Assembly: GCA_965214705.1 (NCBI GenBank)
Contig: OZ243972.1
Location: forward strand, 2,048,001 to 2,112,000
Length of the DNA: 64,000 nucleotides
Reading direction: 5' to 3'
Source of the DNA: Alphaproteobacteria bacterium
Lineage (GTDB): Bacteria > Pseudomonadota > Alphaproteobacteria > UBA828
Below the pieces are notes generated by a model that saw only the letters and a program-made list of their open reading frames with translations, had not been told where the DNA came from and ran no database searches. The position numbers and the translations under genes are program-made. Shown here in pieces: positions 21,494 through 31,121 of the stretch (position 1 is the first letter of the stretch; each line of letters begins with the position of its first letter).

Positions 21494-23056
21494 GTGACAG
21501 TGTCGCGCTGGCACGCGGACCTCGCCGCTCACGACGAGGCTTTCGCGTGCCTGCAGGACCTTTTCACCCCACAATCCTTCGCGATGACCGCCGTCAAAGC
21601 CATCCGGGAATGGGGCCAGGGGCTGCTTCGCCTGAGCGCGGCGCTGGTCAAGGAGAACGACGCGCTGGAGCGGGAGAACGCCCGCTTGCGCGAGCGGATC
21701 GCCGAACTTGAGCGCAGCGCCGCGCTCGACAGCACCACCAGCTCCAAGCCGCCGGCCAGCGACGGCCTGAAGAAGAAGAGCGGAGACCAGGAGAAGAAGA
21801 GCGGAGACCAGGAGAAGCGCACCCGGAGCCGGCGCGGCAAATCCGACAGGCCCAGCGGCGGTCAGCCGGGCCACAAGGGAACCACCCTGGAGCGGACCGA
21901 GAACCCGGACCACGTCGTGGATCATGATCCGTCCGCCTGTGAGGGCTGCGGCGCGCCGCTGTCGGACGCCGACCGTCACGGAGCCCCCGTCTGCCGGCAG
22001 GTCTTCGATGTGCCCGAGCCGCAGCCCCTCGAGGCCACCGAGCATCGCGGCCATCGCTGCCTCTGCGCCGCCTGCGGTACCATGACAACAGCCGCCTTCC
22101 CGAACGGCGTGAGCGCCCCGGTCCAGTACGGGCCGCGCATCACCGCGTGGGTGACCTACCTGCTGCACGCTCAGTTCATTCCGGAGAAGCGCGTCGCCGA
22201 GGTCATGAGCGATCTCTTCGCGGTCAAGATCTCAACGGCCACCATCGCCGCCATGGGCCGGCGCACCGCCCGGCGCTTCGAGGGCTTCCTCGATCGTGTC
22301 GCAGAGATCATCCGCACCGAAGCCCCGGTCAAACACCTCGACGAGACCGGCATCCGCATCGCCGCCCGGACCCATTGGCTCCACGTGCTGTGCACCCCGT
22401 TGCTGACCATCCTGCGCGTCGCCAGCGGGCGCGGCCATTTCGACGAGAAGCTCAACGGCATCGTCATCCATGACGACTATGCCACCTACTTCGCTCTCGA
22501 GGGCGTGCGCCACGGGGCCTGCAACGCCCATCACCTGCGTGAGCTCCAGGCCCTGATCGAGATCGAGAAGGAAGACTGGGCAACGAGCACGCACCAGCTG
22601 CTCTCCCGTGCCAACAGAGCCGCCCGCTTCGCCCGCAAGAATGATCGCGACGTGCCCGCATCACTGGTCGCCCGCATCTCGCGAGCCTGGGACCGCATCC
22701 TCGAACGTGCCATCGCCGCTCACGAAGAGATGCCGCCGCTCCAGACCGGAAAGCGCGGACGACAAAAGCGCCGCATCGGTCACAACCTCGCGCTCCGGCT
22801 CCAGAAGTACAAGGAGGGGTGCCTGCGCTTCCTCACCGACCCGCGAACCCCGTTCTCGAACAATGAGGCGGAGCGCGATCTGCGAATGGGCAAGCTGCGT
22901 CAGAAAATCTCAGGCGGCTTCCGCTCGATGCAAGGTGCCTGCGACTTCGCCAACCTGCGGTCCGTCATCGCCACCGCTCGAAAACAGCGCTGGAATGTCC
23001 TCGAAACCCTGGCGCACCCCGATCCCATGCAGCTAATCCCGGTACTGCGCTTCTGA
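21494..23056 (+). CDS. IS66 family transposase (single-ORF type)
   Basis: Coiled coil then SSKPPASD, GGQPGHKG, Zn finger, HLDETG, CNAHHLREL, NNEAERDLR and QKISGGFRS; GTGA overlap with the methyltransferase stop. Confidence 0.93.
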   Translation: MTVSRWHADLAAHDEAFACLQDLFTPQSFAMTAVKAIREWGQGLLRLSAALVKENDALERENARLRERIAELERSAALDSTTSSKPPASDGLKKKSGDQEKKSGDQEKRTRSRRGKSDRPSGGQPGHKGTTLERTENPDHVVDHDPSACEGCGAPLSDADRHGAPVCRQVFDVPEPQPLEATEHRGHRCLCAACGTMTTAAFPNGVSAPVQYGPRITAWVTYLLHAQFIPEKRVAEVMSDLFAVKISTATIAAMGRRTARRFEGFLDRVAEIIRTEAPVKHLDETGIRIAARTHWLHVLCTPLLTILRVASGRGHFDEKLNGIVIHDDYATYFALEGVRHGACNAHHLRELQALIEIEKEDWATSTHQLLSRANRAARFARKNDRDVPASLVARISRAWDRILERAIAAHEEMPPLQTGKRGRQKRRIGHNLALRLQKYKEGCLRFLTDPRTPFSNNEAERDLRMGKLRQKISGGFRSMQGACDFANLRSVIATARKQRWNVLETLAHPDPMQLIPVLRF

Positions 23057-23261
23057 AATCCCCCGCCGCTCCGCTCCACGTCAGCGGCACCAGGCCAGAG
23101 GCATCAGTCCATCACGCGTGAGTGCTCGGCGGAATCAGACCTGGGCAGTTACAACCCGAGGTGAATTTGCGTCTCTCGACGCGACTGCATTCGACCGTCC
23201 CGCACCAAACGCAAATGCCTCCCGCACACTCAGACAAATGTGATTGCCCAACAACCAACCA

Positions 23262-25037
23262 TCATTCTGTTTCCTGACCGGTGGAACGATACTGATCAAG
23301 TTTGGCAACTAAGTTGGCAATGTCTTCCGGAATCTCTTCCTTCCGGTATGCTGACGCTATTCGCATATCACTTATAGTAACCTTATATTTCCTCTGAAGT
23401 GCGTTTCTTAACGACTTGAGAACCTTCTTGCCTGATACAATCCCTAGTCTTGAATCTAACTTGGCCCACTTCCCATCAAAAATTTCCAGTGCCTCCGATG
23501 TCAACCCTGCTCTATCCTTGCCACTATCACTGAAAAAATCGCAGTACCTACTAACGTACTGCCCTCTACAATGTGCCTTAAGCTTCCGCGTAATTTGAGC
23601 GAGCAACGGGCGCACATCGACTTCGACTGCGGGCTCTTCACCCGTACGGCGAGCTCGCTCCCTAACTGCATGCAACACCACTCGATTAAGCACTTCAGGC
23701 AACAAAAGATAGTTTTCGATTTCCTTTTGCTCATGAAAGTGAGCAAACTCAATCTTTCTCTCCAATTCTTGCGTCAATGATCTGGATTCCTCCTCGCAAC
23801 GATAGTCTCGGTCATAAATCGCTGCTATCCGCAGCTTGGGTCCAAGCGCCTTCTCAAGTCCCCATGCCAACGCCTCCACCTTGGGCCAAGATTCGAAACC
23901 ACCCGACTCTAACGCGGTCAGTCCACTGCCCGACGCTAAGTCGCCGTAATCTAGAATCCTGGCAAATCTTCTGACAATTTTGAAGTCGTCAATACCCTCT
24001 ACAAACAAGATACGGCCGTTGCGTGCCAACTCCGTCAAAGTTATATTCTGAATCGATCCAATATTGTCGATAGCATGCTGGACACCTTCAATATCATGGA
24101 GACGCCGGGCAGAACGACGTGACTTGTTTACCAACAGAATTTCACTAGGATCTGCCTCACTCATTATTTCCACTGAATGTGTGGCCAATAATATGTCAGG
24201 ATGCTGGTCTCGGAGAATTCCAAGAAGCTGCCGTTGAACTTCCGGGTGTAGGTAGACTTCAGGTTCATCGACAACGAGCAGATCGGAAGTACTACACCGC
24301 GAAATATGAGTAAGCAACTGACACCAGACCTGAAAGCCGGATCCTGCCCAGAATAGCGCTCGGTCAATTCGATTTTCCGAGACGAACATAGTAAGGCGGG
24401 GTTCCATCCCGGTGATTATTTTGGGGCGCGCTATCGACATGCCCGGCCATGTTTCTTCTACTAAAGAGCTGAATTCCTCAAATCCATCAGGATTCTTTAT
24501 CCAGTAGTTGCGAAAGTGTCGACTTGCTCGCGGCGTGCCAGCCGCCCTCCTTACCGTTTCATCAGTAACAGGAACTTCATCTTGCTCGATCGGACCAAGA
24601 ACAGGTATCACCTGTATCTTGACGGGGAAGGAACGCTTGAAAGCCGATGACGTCGCAATGGGCCTGCCAGCTGTGTCCCAGTACATGGTTACACTCCCGG
24701 CGGTAGGAAAATAGAGAAAAAGGAGATTGCCGTTGGAGTAACGAAATTCAAGCCGAGTATCATCGTCATCATAGTTGTAGTGTACATTGTCCAGAGAAAA
24801 TGGCAGGTTTGTTGCCGAAACGAAATACCCGGCAGAGTTATTCTCTGAATGGGTTAATACGCGTGCCGGACGACGGTTCCCAGTGATTCTCAGGGCGTGT
24901 TCAAGAATGCGAAATGCGTTCAATATAGTAGACTTGCCACTGTTGTTGGGGCCAACGAGGATATTGGTGCTGCGCAAAGAGATAGAGTACTCTTGGAATG
25001 CTTGAAAATTCCGGAGTCTGAGAAACGTTATTGGCAT
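23262..25037 (-). CDS. OLD-like ATP-dependent nuclease (ABC ATPase + TOPRIM)
   Basis: Walker A GPNNSGKS, Walker B LLVVDEPE, ATHS, TOPRIM FVEGIDD...YDRD and EIENYLL; low GC. Confidence 0.8.
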   Translation of the reverse strand: MPITFLRLRNFQAFQEYSISLRSTNILVGPNNSGKSTILNAFRILEHALRITGNRRPARVLTHSENNSAGYFVSATNLPFSLDNVHYNYDDDDTRLEFRYSNGNLLFLYFPTAGSVTMYWDTAGRPIATSSAFKRSFPVKIQVIPVLGPIEQDEVPVTDETVRRAAGTPRASRHFRNYWIKNPDGFEEFSSLVEETWPGMSIARPKIITGMEPRLTMFVSENRIDRALFWAGSGFQVWCQLLTHISRCSTSDLLVVDEPEVYLHPEVQRQLLGILRDQHPDILLATHSVEIMSEADPSEILLVNKSRRSARRLHDIEGVQHAIDNIGSIQNITLTELARNGRILFVEGIDDFKIVRRFARILDYGDLASGSGLTALESGGFESWPKVEALAWGLEKALGPKLRIAAIYDRDYRCEEESRSLTQELERKIEFAHFHEQKEIENYLLLPEVLNRVVLHAVRERARRTGEEPAVEVDVRPLLAQITRKLKAHCRGQYVSRYCDFFSDSGKDRAGLTSEALEIFDGKWAKLDSRLGIVSGKKVLKSLRNALQRKYKVTISDMRIASAYRKEEIPEDIANLVAKLDQYRSTGQETE

Positions 25038-25333
25038 GTGTTGGCATCCAAATCGATTGGAAGAGCGTTGCTTGCGCTGGTTGGGTTATTAGGCCCGAAA
25101 GCGAAAGGAGAAATGATGACATGTATGAGCGCTGAAGCGCAATAGTGATCCATTTGGTGAGATGGGTGTATACGGATACGATAATCGTCGGACAGTGGCG
25201 AACCGGCTGTCAACTTGGGGCTGATAACATTCACTGCGACTATTGCTCCCGTTGCCGAAACAAGCCGAGCGTGCTGTAAATTGAAATTGGGAGAAAGCGT
25301 CAGAGGGCCCCGTGGTGATTTGTCGGCATCAGG

Positions 25334-25528
25334 TTAGCGAAGGGTGCGCTTGGGGTGACTGCCGCGTTCGACGATGCGAGCCGCGGCTTTCCGCGCCTGA
25401 TCGCGGTCGTGGGGCATGGGGACGAGGCGTGCAATAGGCTTACGGTGGCGTGTGATGGTCAGGCTTTCGCCCCGGTCGGGCAGTCGGGGCAGGTGCCTTT
25501 CGGCCTCGGAAGCGCCGATCCGTTCCAT
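25334..25528 (-). pseudogene. Degenerate Phd/YefM antitoxin
   Basis: MERIGASEAERHLPRL..GESLTITRHRKPIARLVP; short, no toxin partner visible. Confidence 0.65.
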
Positions 25529-25602
25529 CGTGAGCCTCGGTTCAGTGTCGGGCGAGATATAGGTGCGCTCTGAGCAGGCGGCAAGCGGCGCAACCACTAT
25601 GA

Positions 25603-25797
25603 CGTCATGGCTGCACTTGTTGCGGCCACCCACGCGAGTACCGCGGAGAAAGATGCCCGGAATAAATCCGGGCATGACGAAGTGGGGGAGTGGGGGTGCG
25701 GCGGCGCGGCTTCTGTGCCGCGGTTGCGGCACTAGAAGCGTGCGCGACGTGGATGCCCGGAACACCCCCGGACTTGATCCGGGGGCCGGGCATGACG
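25603..25797. repeat. Cluster of REP/RIME-like palindromes
   Basis: Two GATGCCCGG...CCGGGCATGACGA units plus a degenerate inverted unit; same family as 12506-12591. Confidence 0.75.
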
Positions 25798-26010
25798 AGG
25801 TGGGGGAGTGACCGGGGCCGAGCGTAGAGGGCCCCGGACCATGGTGCAGTGTCTTGTATCATATGATAGGGGTACGCTGACGTACGATTAATCACTCTAA
25901 ATCAGTGAATTGTCGTATTCTCAGCGCGATGAGCTTAGTCTAGAATACGCGCCTGTACGCTTCCTTCAGGTACCTATTTGGTTCCCCAAACTGCCTCTTG
26001 GAAAAAGGTT

Positions 26011-26052
26011 AAGGGTTGGGCAGGCTCTCTCTCGAGAGCCTGCCCAACCCTT
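26011..26052. repeat. Perfect 19-bp stem hairpin at the IS91-like element end
   Basis: AAGGGTTGGGCAGGCTCTC-TCTC-GAGAGCCTGCCCAACCCTT. Confidence 0.9.
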
Positions 26053-26314
26053 TTGAACGAAGCCGCGGGCCACGAGAGGCGAAGTTGAGCTATGTGGAAA
26101 GTGCGCTGATGTCAGCGTCAGGCGGCATCCACCGGCAGCAGAGTTGCGCATAAAATCGACGCTCGCGCCGGTCTTTCGGCAGGCATGCGGGCGCACGCTG
26201 CGAGGACTGAGCGGGGTGTGAGCCGAGGGCTGTCAGCCCGGCTCAAGCGGAGACAGGTTCGGTCGTGCGTCGGCGCTTTGGCGCCGTTGCGCGGGGCCGA
26301 AGCGAGCGGGCGTC

Positions 26315-27757
26315 TCACGGTTTCCCCCTGTGGGTCGGCGGCAGCGCCGGCGGGCCGCGCGTCGAGCGGGGCTCATGGCGGCGGCGGATTTCGCGGACGA
26401 GGCGCATGACGCCGCCGCAGTGGGGGCAGGCCACGGGCGCGGTGCCGATCTCGGGCTCTTCGTCGGGCTCGGCCCGAGCGCCGTCCACGCTTCCCTCGGG
26501 GGCGGCGCAGCCGAGGGCGCCGAGAGCCTGGCGTGCTCTCTCCAGCGTGCTGGCGCGGCAGCCGTTGGCGAGGATGCCGAAGTAGCGAATGCGGTGCATG
26601 CCGTCCGGCAGGACGTGCCTCAGGAAGCGGCGGATGAACTCGTCGGCGCTCACGGTGGCGATGCCGTAGCGCGGCTTTCTCTGCCCCGGCGCCTTGGGCT
26701 TTCGGTGGCGGAAGGAGACCGTCTCGCCGTCGAAGGAGACGATGCGGCTGTCGGAGATGGCGATCCTGTGCGTGTAGTGCGAGAGGTACCGGAAGACCTG
26801 CTCAGGCCCGCGGAAGGGCCGCTTGGCGTAGACCACCCAGTCCCTGGCCCGGGCGGCGGCAAGCGTGGCGTGGAACTCGCCGGGATTGGCGAGGTGGGCG
26901 AGGGTGCCGTGGAACTCTCGCCGTCGAAGGAGACGATGCGGCTGTCGGAGATGGCGATCCTGTGCGTGTAGTGCGAGAGGTACCGGAAGACCTGCTCAGG
27001 CCCGCGGAAGGGCCGCTTGGCGTAGACCACCCAGTCCCTGGCCCGGGCGGCGGCAAGCGTGGCGTGGAACTCGCCGGGATTGGCGAGGTGGGCGAGGGTG
27101 CCGTGGAACTCCAGGTCCCCCCGGCCGTGGGCGCGGGCGAGCTCCTCGAGGAAGAGGCGGCGGAACAGGCTGCCGAGGACCTTGACGGGGGCGAGGAAGG
27201 TGGTGCTCCCCGTCTTCCACTCGCCACTGTCTACGTCGAAGCCCGCGTTGGGCACGACCACGTGCAGGTGCGGGTGGAAGCGGAGCTTCTGATCCCAGGT
27301 ATGGAGGACCGCGGTGCCGCCGATGCGCATGCCGCCGTGGCGGGGATCGGCGGCGATGGTGCGCAGGGTCTCGGCGACGGCCCGGAAGAGGATGTCGAAC
27401 ACCACCCTGCGGTGCGCGCATGCAGAAGGCAATGGCGGCAACCTCCTTGGGCAGGGTGAAGACCACATGGAAGTAGGGCACCGGCAGGATGTCCCCGGCG
27501 CGCTCCTCGCTCCAGAGGTTGGCGGCGAGACCCTGGCAGGTGGGGCAGTGGCGGTTGCGGCAGGAGTTGAAGAGCGGATGCTCGCGCCCGCAGCCCTCGC
27601 AGGCGTACATGTGGCCGCCGAGCACGGCGGTGCGGCACGCCTCGATGGCGCCCATGACCTTGAGCCGGGCGGCGTCGATGCGCCCTTTGTGGCGCTCACG
27701 GAAAGCGGCGCCGGCGCGGCGGAAGATCTCCGCCACGCCCGCGCGTTCGGCCTCCAC
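26315..27757 (-). pseudogene. IS91 family HUH/Y2 transposase, frameshifted
   Basis: SCRNRHCPTC, HVVFTLP, HPHLH, RYLSHY and RIRYFG; apparent 7-bp insertion near 27415-27421 and 194-bp tandem duplication 26722-27111. Confidence 0.88.
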
Positions 27758-27763
27758 GCGCCG

Positions 27764-28642
27764 TCAGTTGCGCAACGCTGCGAAGCCTGAGATCGGGTGG
27801 TCGAGGCCCTCGAACATCTTGCCGGTGACGCGGGCGTAGTGACGGGTCGTGTTCGCGCTTCGATGGCCGAGCATGTCCCGGATCACCTCGATATCGCCGC
27901 CGCGCTCGAGGAGATGGGTCGCCGCCGAATGGCGCAGGCAATGGAAGGTGTAGCTGCGGTCGAGCTCGGCAATGTCGCGCGCCCTCCTGAAGGCGGCCTG
28001 CAAGGTCTCCGTTGCGATGGGCCTGTCGAGCGAGACGCCGTAGAAGAGCCAGTTCGTCGGACGCGGCCAGATGTTCCTGTAGTAGACGCGCAAGTAGTGG
28101 ATGACGATGTCCGGCAACGGTGCCATTCTCTCGGTGCCGCCTTTGCCGGAGGGGATGTGCAGCAGCTTCTTCTCCGACAGGATGTCGCCGACCTTGATGG
28201 CCAAGGTCTCGGAGATGCGGAGCCCGCCGCCATAGCCGGTGACAATGGCAGCACGGTGGCGGAGGTCGGGTGTCGCAAGGATGAGGTGCTCGACCTCCTG
28301 CTCCGACATGTAGCGCGGCAGCTTGCCGGGCTTCTTGCGGGAGCGCAGGCCGGCGACATGGTCAGGCCAGCCGAGTGTGTCGATGTAGAGGAAGTTCAGC
28401 GCGGCGAAGGAGACGTTGGTCGTGCCCGGACTGAGCCCCTTGTCGATCCGCCCCAGGTACCACTGGCGCACCTGCTCGGCGTCGAGCTCGTCCGGCGAGG
28501 CGTCGTAGTACCTGGCCAGGTTCTTGATCTCGCAGATGTAGGCCTTGGACGTGCTCGCGGCCAGATTGGCGATGCGGAGCTGCTCCTCCATGCGCTGGCG
28601 AAGAGGGGTGACGGTGTTCGTGTCGCACGCGGTCCCGGTCAT
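27764..28642 (-). CDS. Tyrosine recombinase associated with the IS91 transposase
   Basis: SAM-like N-terminus (PLRQRMEEQL), GLRISE, GKG, HCLRHS, LGH and TTRHY. Confidence 0.92.
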   Translation of the reverse strand: MTGTACDTNTVTPLRQRMEEQLRIANLAASTSKAYICEIKNLARYYDASPDELDAEQVRQWYLGRIDKGLSPGTTNVSFAALNFLYIDTLGWPDHVAGLRSRKKPGKLPRYMSEQEVEHLILATPDLRHRAAIVTGYGGGLRISETLAIKVGDILSEKKLLHIPSGKGGTERMAPLPDIVIHYLRVYYRNIWPRPTNWLFYGVSLDRPIATETLQAAFRRARDIAELDRSYTFHCLRHSAATHLLERGGDIEVIRDMLGHRSANTTRHYARVTGKMFEGLDHPISGFAALRN

Positions 28643-28880
28643 TATCGATCTCCCTGGATCGCGACGGCGCGCCGCCGGACCGATCCGGCGACGGTCCGTC
28701 GCAGGGGTCGATGCTAACCACTGGTGATCGGGAGGCTGCTGGGGATCCGCCACCCGACGGGCGGAGCGCCACTGACGCAACCGGGAAGCGAACGCACAGA
28801 ACAAACGGCACCCGCGACGCCTCGGAAATGAATGAACTCTACGCCGCTAACTCCGCGTAGCGGCTTCGTTCAAACGCGCC

Positions 28881-30065
28881 ATGCCCAAAATCACCAAGAG
28901 AGCCGTGGATGCCCTGCTCCCTGCCGAACGCGAGCGCATTGTCTGGGACGACGACATCAAGGGCTTCGGCGTCCGCGTCCACCCGACGGGACGCAAGGTC
29001 TACATCGTCAAGTACCGGCACGAGGGACGCTCCGTCAAAGTCACCATCGGGCCCCACGGGCCCATTACACCGGCCGCCGCTCGGGCCAAAGCCGCCGAGA
29101 TCGTGACGCTCGCAAAGACCGGAAGGGATGTGGCAGGGAAGACGCCCCACGCAAGAGGGAGCGCCACCATGGCGAAACTCGCCCAGCGCTTCTTGGAGGA
29201 GTATGCGCCTGCCCATCTGAAGCCCAGCACTGCCCGGCTATACCGAAAGGTCATCGACAACCGCATTCTCCCTCGGCTCGGCAAGCGCCGCGTCAGCGAT
29301 ATCGGCAAGAGCGATGTCGTTGCCCTCCATCACGACATGCGCGACGTCCCCGACCATGCCAACCGTACGCTAAGCGTTCTCTCCCGTATGCTGACGCTCG
29401 CCGAGGTCTGGGAGATGCGCCCCGATGGCGCAAACCCGTGCCGGCACGTCAAGAAGTACCCCGAGCACAAGCGCGAGCGGTTTCTCTCGGACGACGAATA
29501 CCGGCGTCTCGGCACCGCCCTGCGTGACGCGGAGAGAGAGGGCTTTGTTTCTCCGGCGGCTGTTGCTGCCATCCGCTTGCTGATGCTGACCGGCTGCCGG
29601 AGCGGGGAGATTCTGGCCCTGCGTTGGGACTACGTCGATCTGGAGACGGGCGAGCTTCGGTTGCCCGCCTCCAAGACCGGCGCCAAGATCGTGCATCTGG
29701 GCGACCCGGCCATCGCGGTGCTGCGCGGCATTCCTCGCAAGGAGGGCAATCCGTGGGTATTCCCGGGCGTGAAGTCGGGTCGGCACATGACCTACCTGCA
29801 CGACTCATGGCGTCGCGTTCTCAACCGTGCGGGGATCGAAAACCTGCGCATCCACGATCTTCGGCATTCGTACGCGAGTGGCGGTCTTCTGGTGGGCGAG
29901 GGATTGCCGATGATTGGAAAGCTCCTGGGTCACAGCAAGGTGCAGACCACAGCCCGCTATGCTCATCTGGCCAACGATCCTCTGAAGGCCGCTGCCAACC
30001 GCATCGCGAGCCGCTGGAGATCCTGCGCAGCGGCGACGGGCTGCTCGACCGCGCCGGCACCCTAG
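28881..30065 (+). CDS. P4-like island tyrosine integrase with Arm-binding domain; extreme C-terminus replaced
   Basis: VWDDDIKGFGVRV, TGCRSGE, SKTG, HDLRHS, LLGH and TTARYAH. Confidence 0.9.
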   Translation: MPKITKRAVDALLPAERERIVWDDDIKGFGVRVHPTGRKVYIVKYRHEGRSVKVTIGPHGPITPAAARAKAAEIVTLAKTGRDVAGKTPHARGSATMAKLAQRFLEEYAPAHLKPSTARLYRKVIDNRILPRLGKRRVSDIGKSDVVALHHDMRDVPDHANRTLSVLSRMLTLAEVWEMRPDGANPCRHVKKYPEHKRERFLSDDEYRRLGTALRDAEREGFVSPAAVAAIRLLMLTGCRSGEILALRWDYVDLETGELRLPASKTGAKIVHLGDPAIAVLRGIPRKEGNPWVFPGVKSGRHMTYLHDSWRRVLNRAGIENLRIHDLRHSYASGGLLVGEGLPMIGKLLGHSKVQTTARYAHLANDPLKAAANRIASRWRSCAAATGCSTAPAP

Positions 30066-30523
30066 ACGCCTCGCTGCCGGCGGACCGCGCCCGCCTGCGG
30101 AAGCTGCTGGCGCACGCGCTGCCGGACTGGCGGGGCGAGCCCCCGGCCGGCGGCTCGATGACGGTCCAGCGTCCCTCGGGCCAGTCGCGGCTGGCGCTGC
30201 ACGTCATGCCGGTGGGCGACGCGGAGGCGGACTTCGGCGGGCGCCGGGTGGCGGCACTGGTGCTGATGGTGGACCCGGCGCGGCGGGCGCGCATCGACCC
30301 CGCGCGGGTGGCGGCGGCGCTCGGCCTGACGGCGTCGGAGAGCCGCATGGCGGCGTTGCTGGCCGAAGGCGTGCGGGTGCAGGAGATCGCCACGGACCAG
30401 GGCTGGTCGGAGGAGTATGTGCGCTGGCTGGTCAAGCGGGTGTACCGGAAGCTCGGCATATCGGGGCAGCAGGTCGAGCTGGCACGGCGGGTCCTGGCGG
30501 TGGACGCCCTGCCGCGCCGCTGA
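30013..30523 (+). pseudogene. 3' half of a LuxR-type HTH regulator (5' end deleted)
   Basis: LGLTASESRMAALLAEG...EIA...VKRVYRKLGI; no start codon, joined out of frame to the integrase. Confidence 0.75.
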
Positions 30524-31121
30524 GGGCCGCCGGCGCCGACTCTTCCGTTGCCACCCCCGTCGCCTCGCCGGGCGCGGTCCCGATACCACCAGAATTGGAG
30601 GATTCTACAGGCGTTCGGGGCCGTTTACGCTTCCACGATCAGGAATCCGTCGCGGCTCGGGGGACCGGCCGGCCCCGGCCCGCGTGGTGCAGCGGGGGAA
30701 TGGATCGATGGCCGCGATCCTTCTTGAGATCTCCGTTCTTGAAGACGGTCCTTGCAGCACGATGCTGCGTCGGGCGTCTCAATGGCGTCGGTCGCAGATG
30801 CGGATCGGCAATCGCGATAACGCCCTCGGCGCGGCCGGCATCCGGGTCCGGCGGGCCGTAGGCCGGTTCCCTGGCGGCGCCCCGGCGGACGCTGCGTCCA
30901 TCGTGAGGGCCGATGGGGCTTCCTCGACAGCGTGGCGGGCGGCGAATTCGGACCCGCGGGGCGGCCCGCGAAGGGGTATTCCCGGTACGCAATGGACCGA
31001 TCAGGTGCCGACGACGCCCATGGGGCGCCGGAGCGGGCCCTCGGGACCGAAAATACGTGGAACGACAACGATTTGCGCCGACATCGGGGCGGCGCAGGGC
31101 GGGAGTCCGCCGAGCCGTTTT

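Larger units (their letters stand above)
18729..21497 (+). pseudogene. Dam-like N6-adenine DNA methyltransferase, interrupted by IS1634
   Basis: GTG 18729 gives MGYFGSK...YIESHLGGGA; removing 18848-20947 restores the frame (MKRKPAAVRSIGID) through YSDPPY and EVVWFNF; 222 aa reconstructed. Confidence 0.88.
18576..23152 (+). mobile_element. IS66 family (ISBst12-type) element carrying a passenger DNA methyltransferase
   Basis: Ends GTAACTACCCAGGT / ACCTGGGCAGTTAC (inverted, 1 mismatch); 8-bp duplication AACCCGAG at 18568-18575 and 23153-23160. Confidence 0.92.
26007..28874 (-). mobile_element. IS91-family element with tyrosine recombinase, copy 1
   Basis: Left boundary defined by identity with the copy starting at 63538; 15-bp inverted repeat TTTGAACGAAGCCGC (26052-26066) / GCGGCTTCGTTCAAA (28860-28874); right boundary approximate. 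Confidence 0.8.

Noticed and set aside
25297-25836. Direct repeat AGAGGGCCCCG flanking the phd remnant and REP cluster as a target duplication
   Set aside because: Short, GC-rich and without associated terminal inverted repeats; could be chance.
25800-26006. tRNA or guaA attachment site for the P4-like integrase
   Set aside because: AT-rich with short GTACG repeats that could be arm sites, but no cloverleaf, gene 3' end or matching direct repeat is visible in the window.
28790-28802. LexA box upstream of the IS91-associated recombinase
   Set aside because: GAAC-GCACA-GAAC has a 5-bp spacer, not 7.
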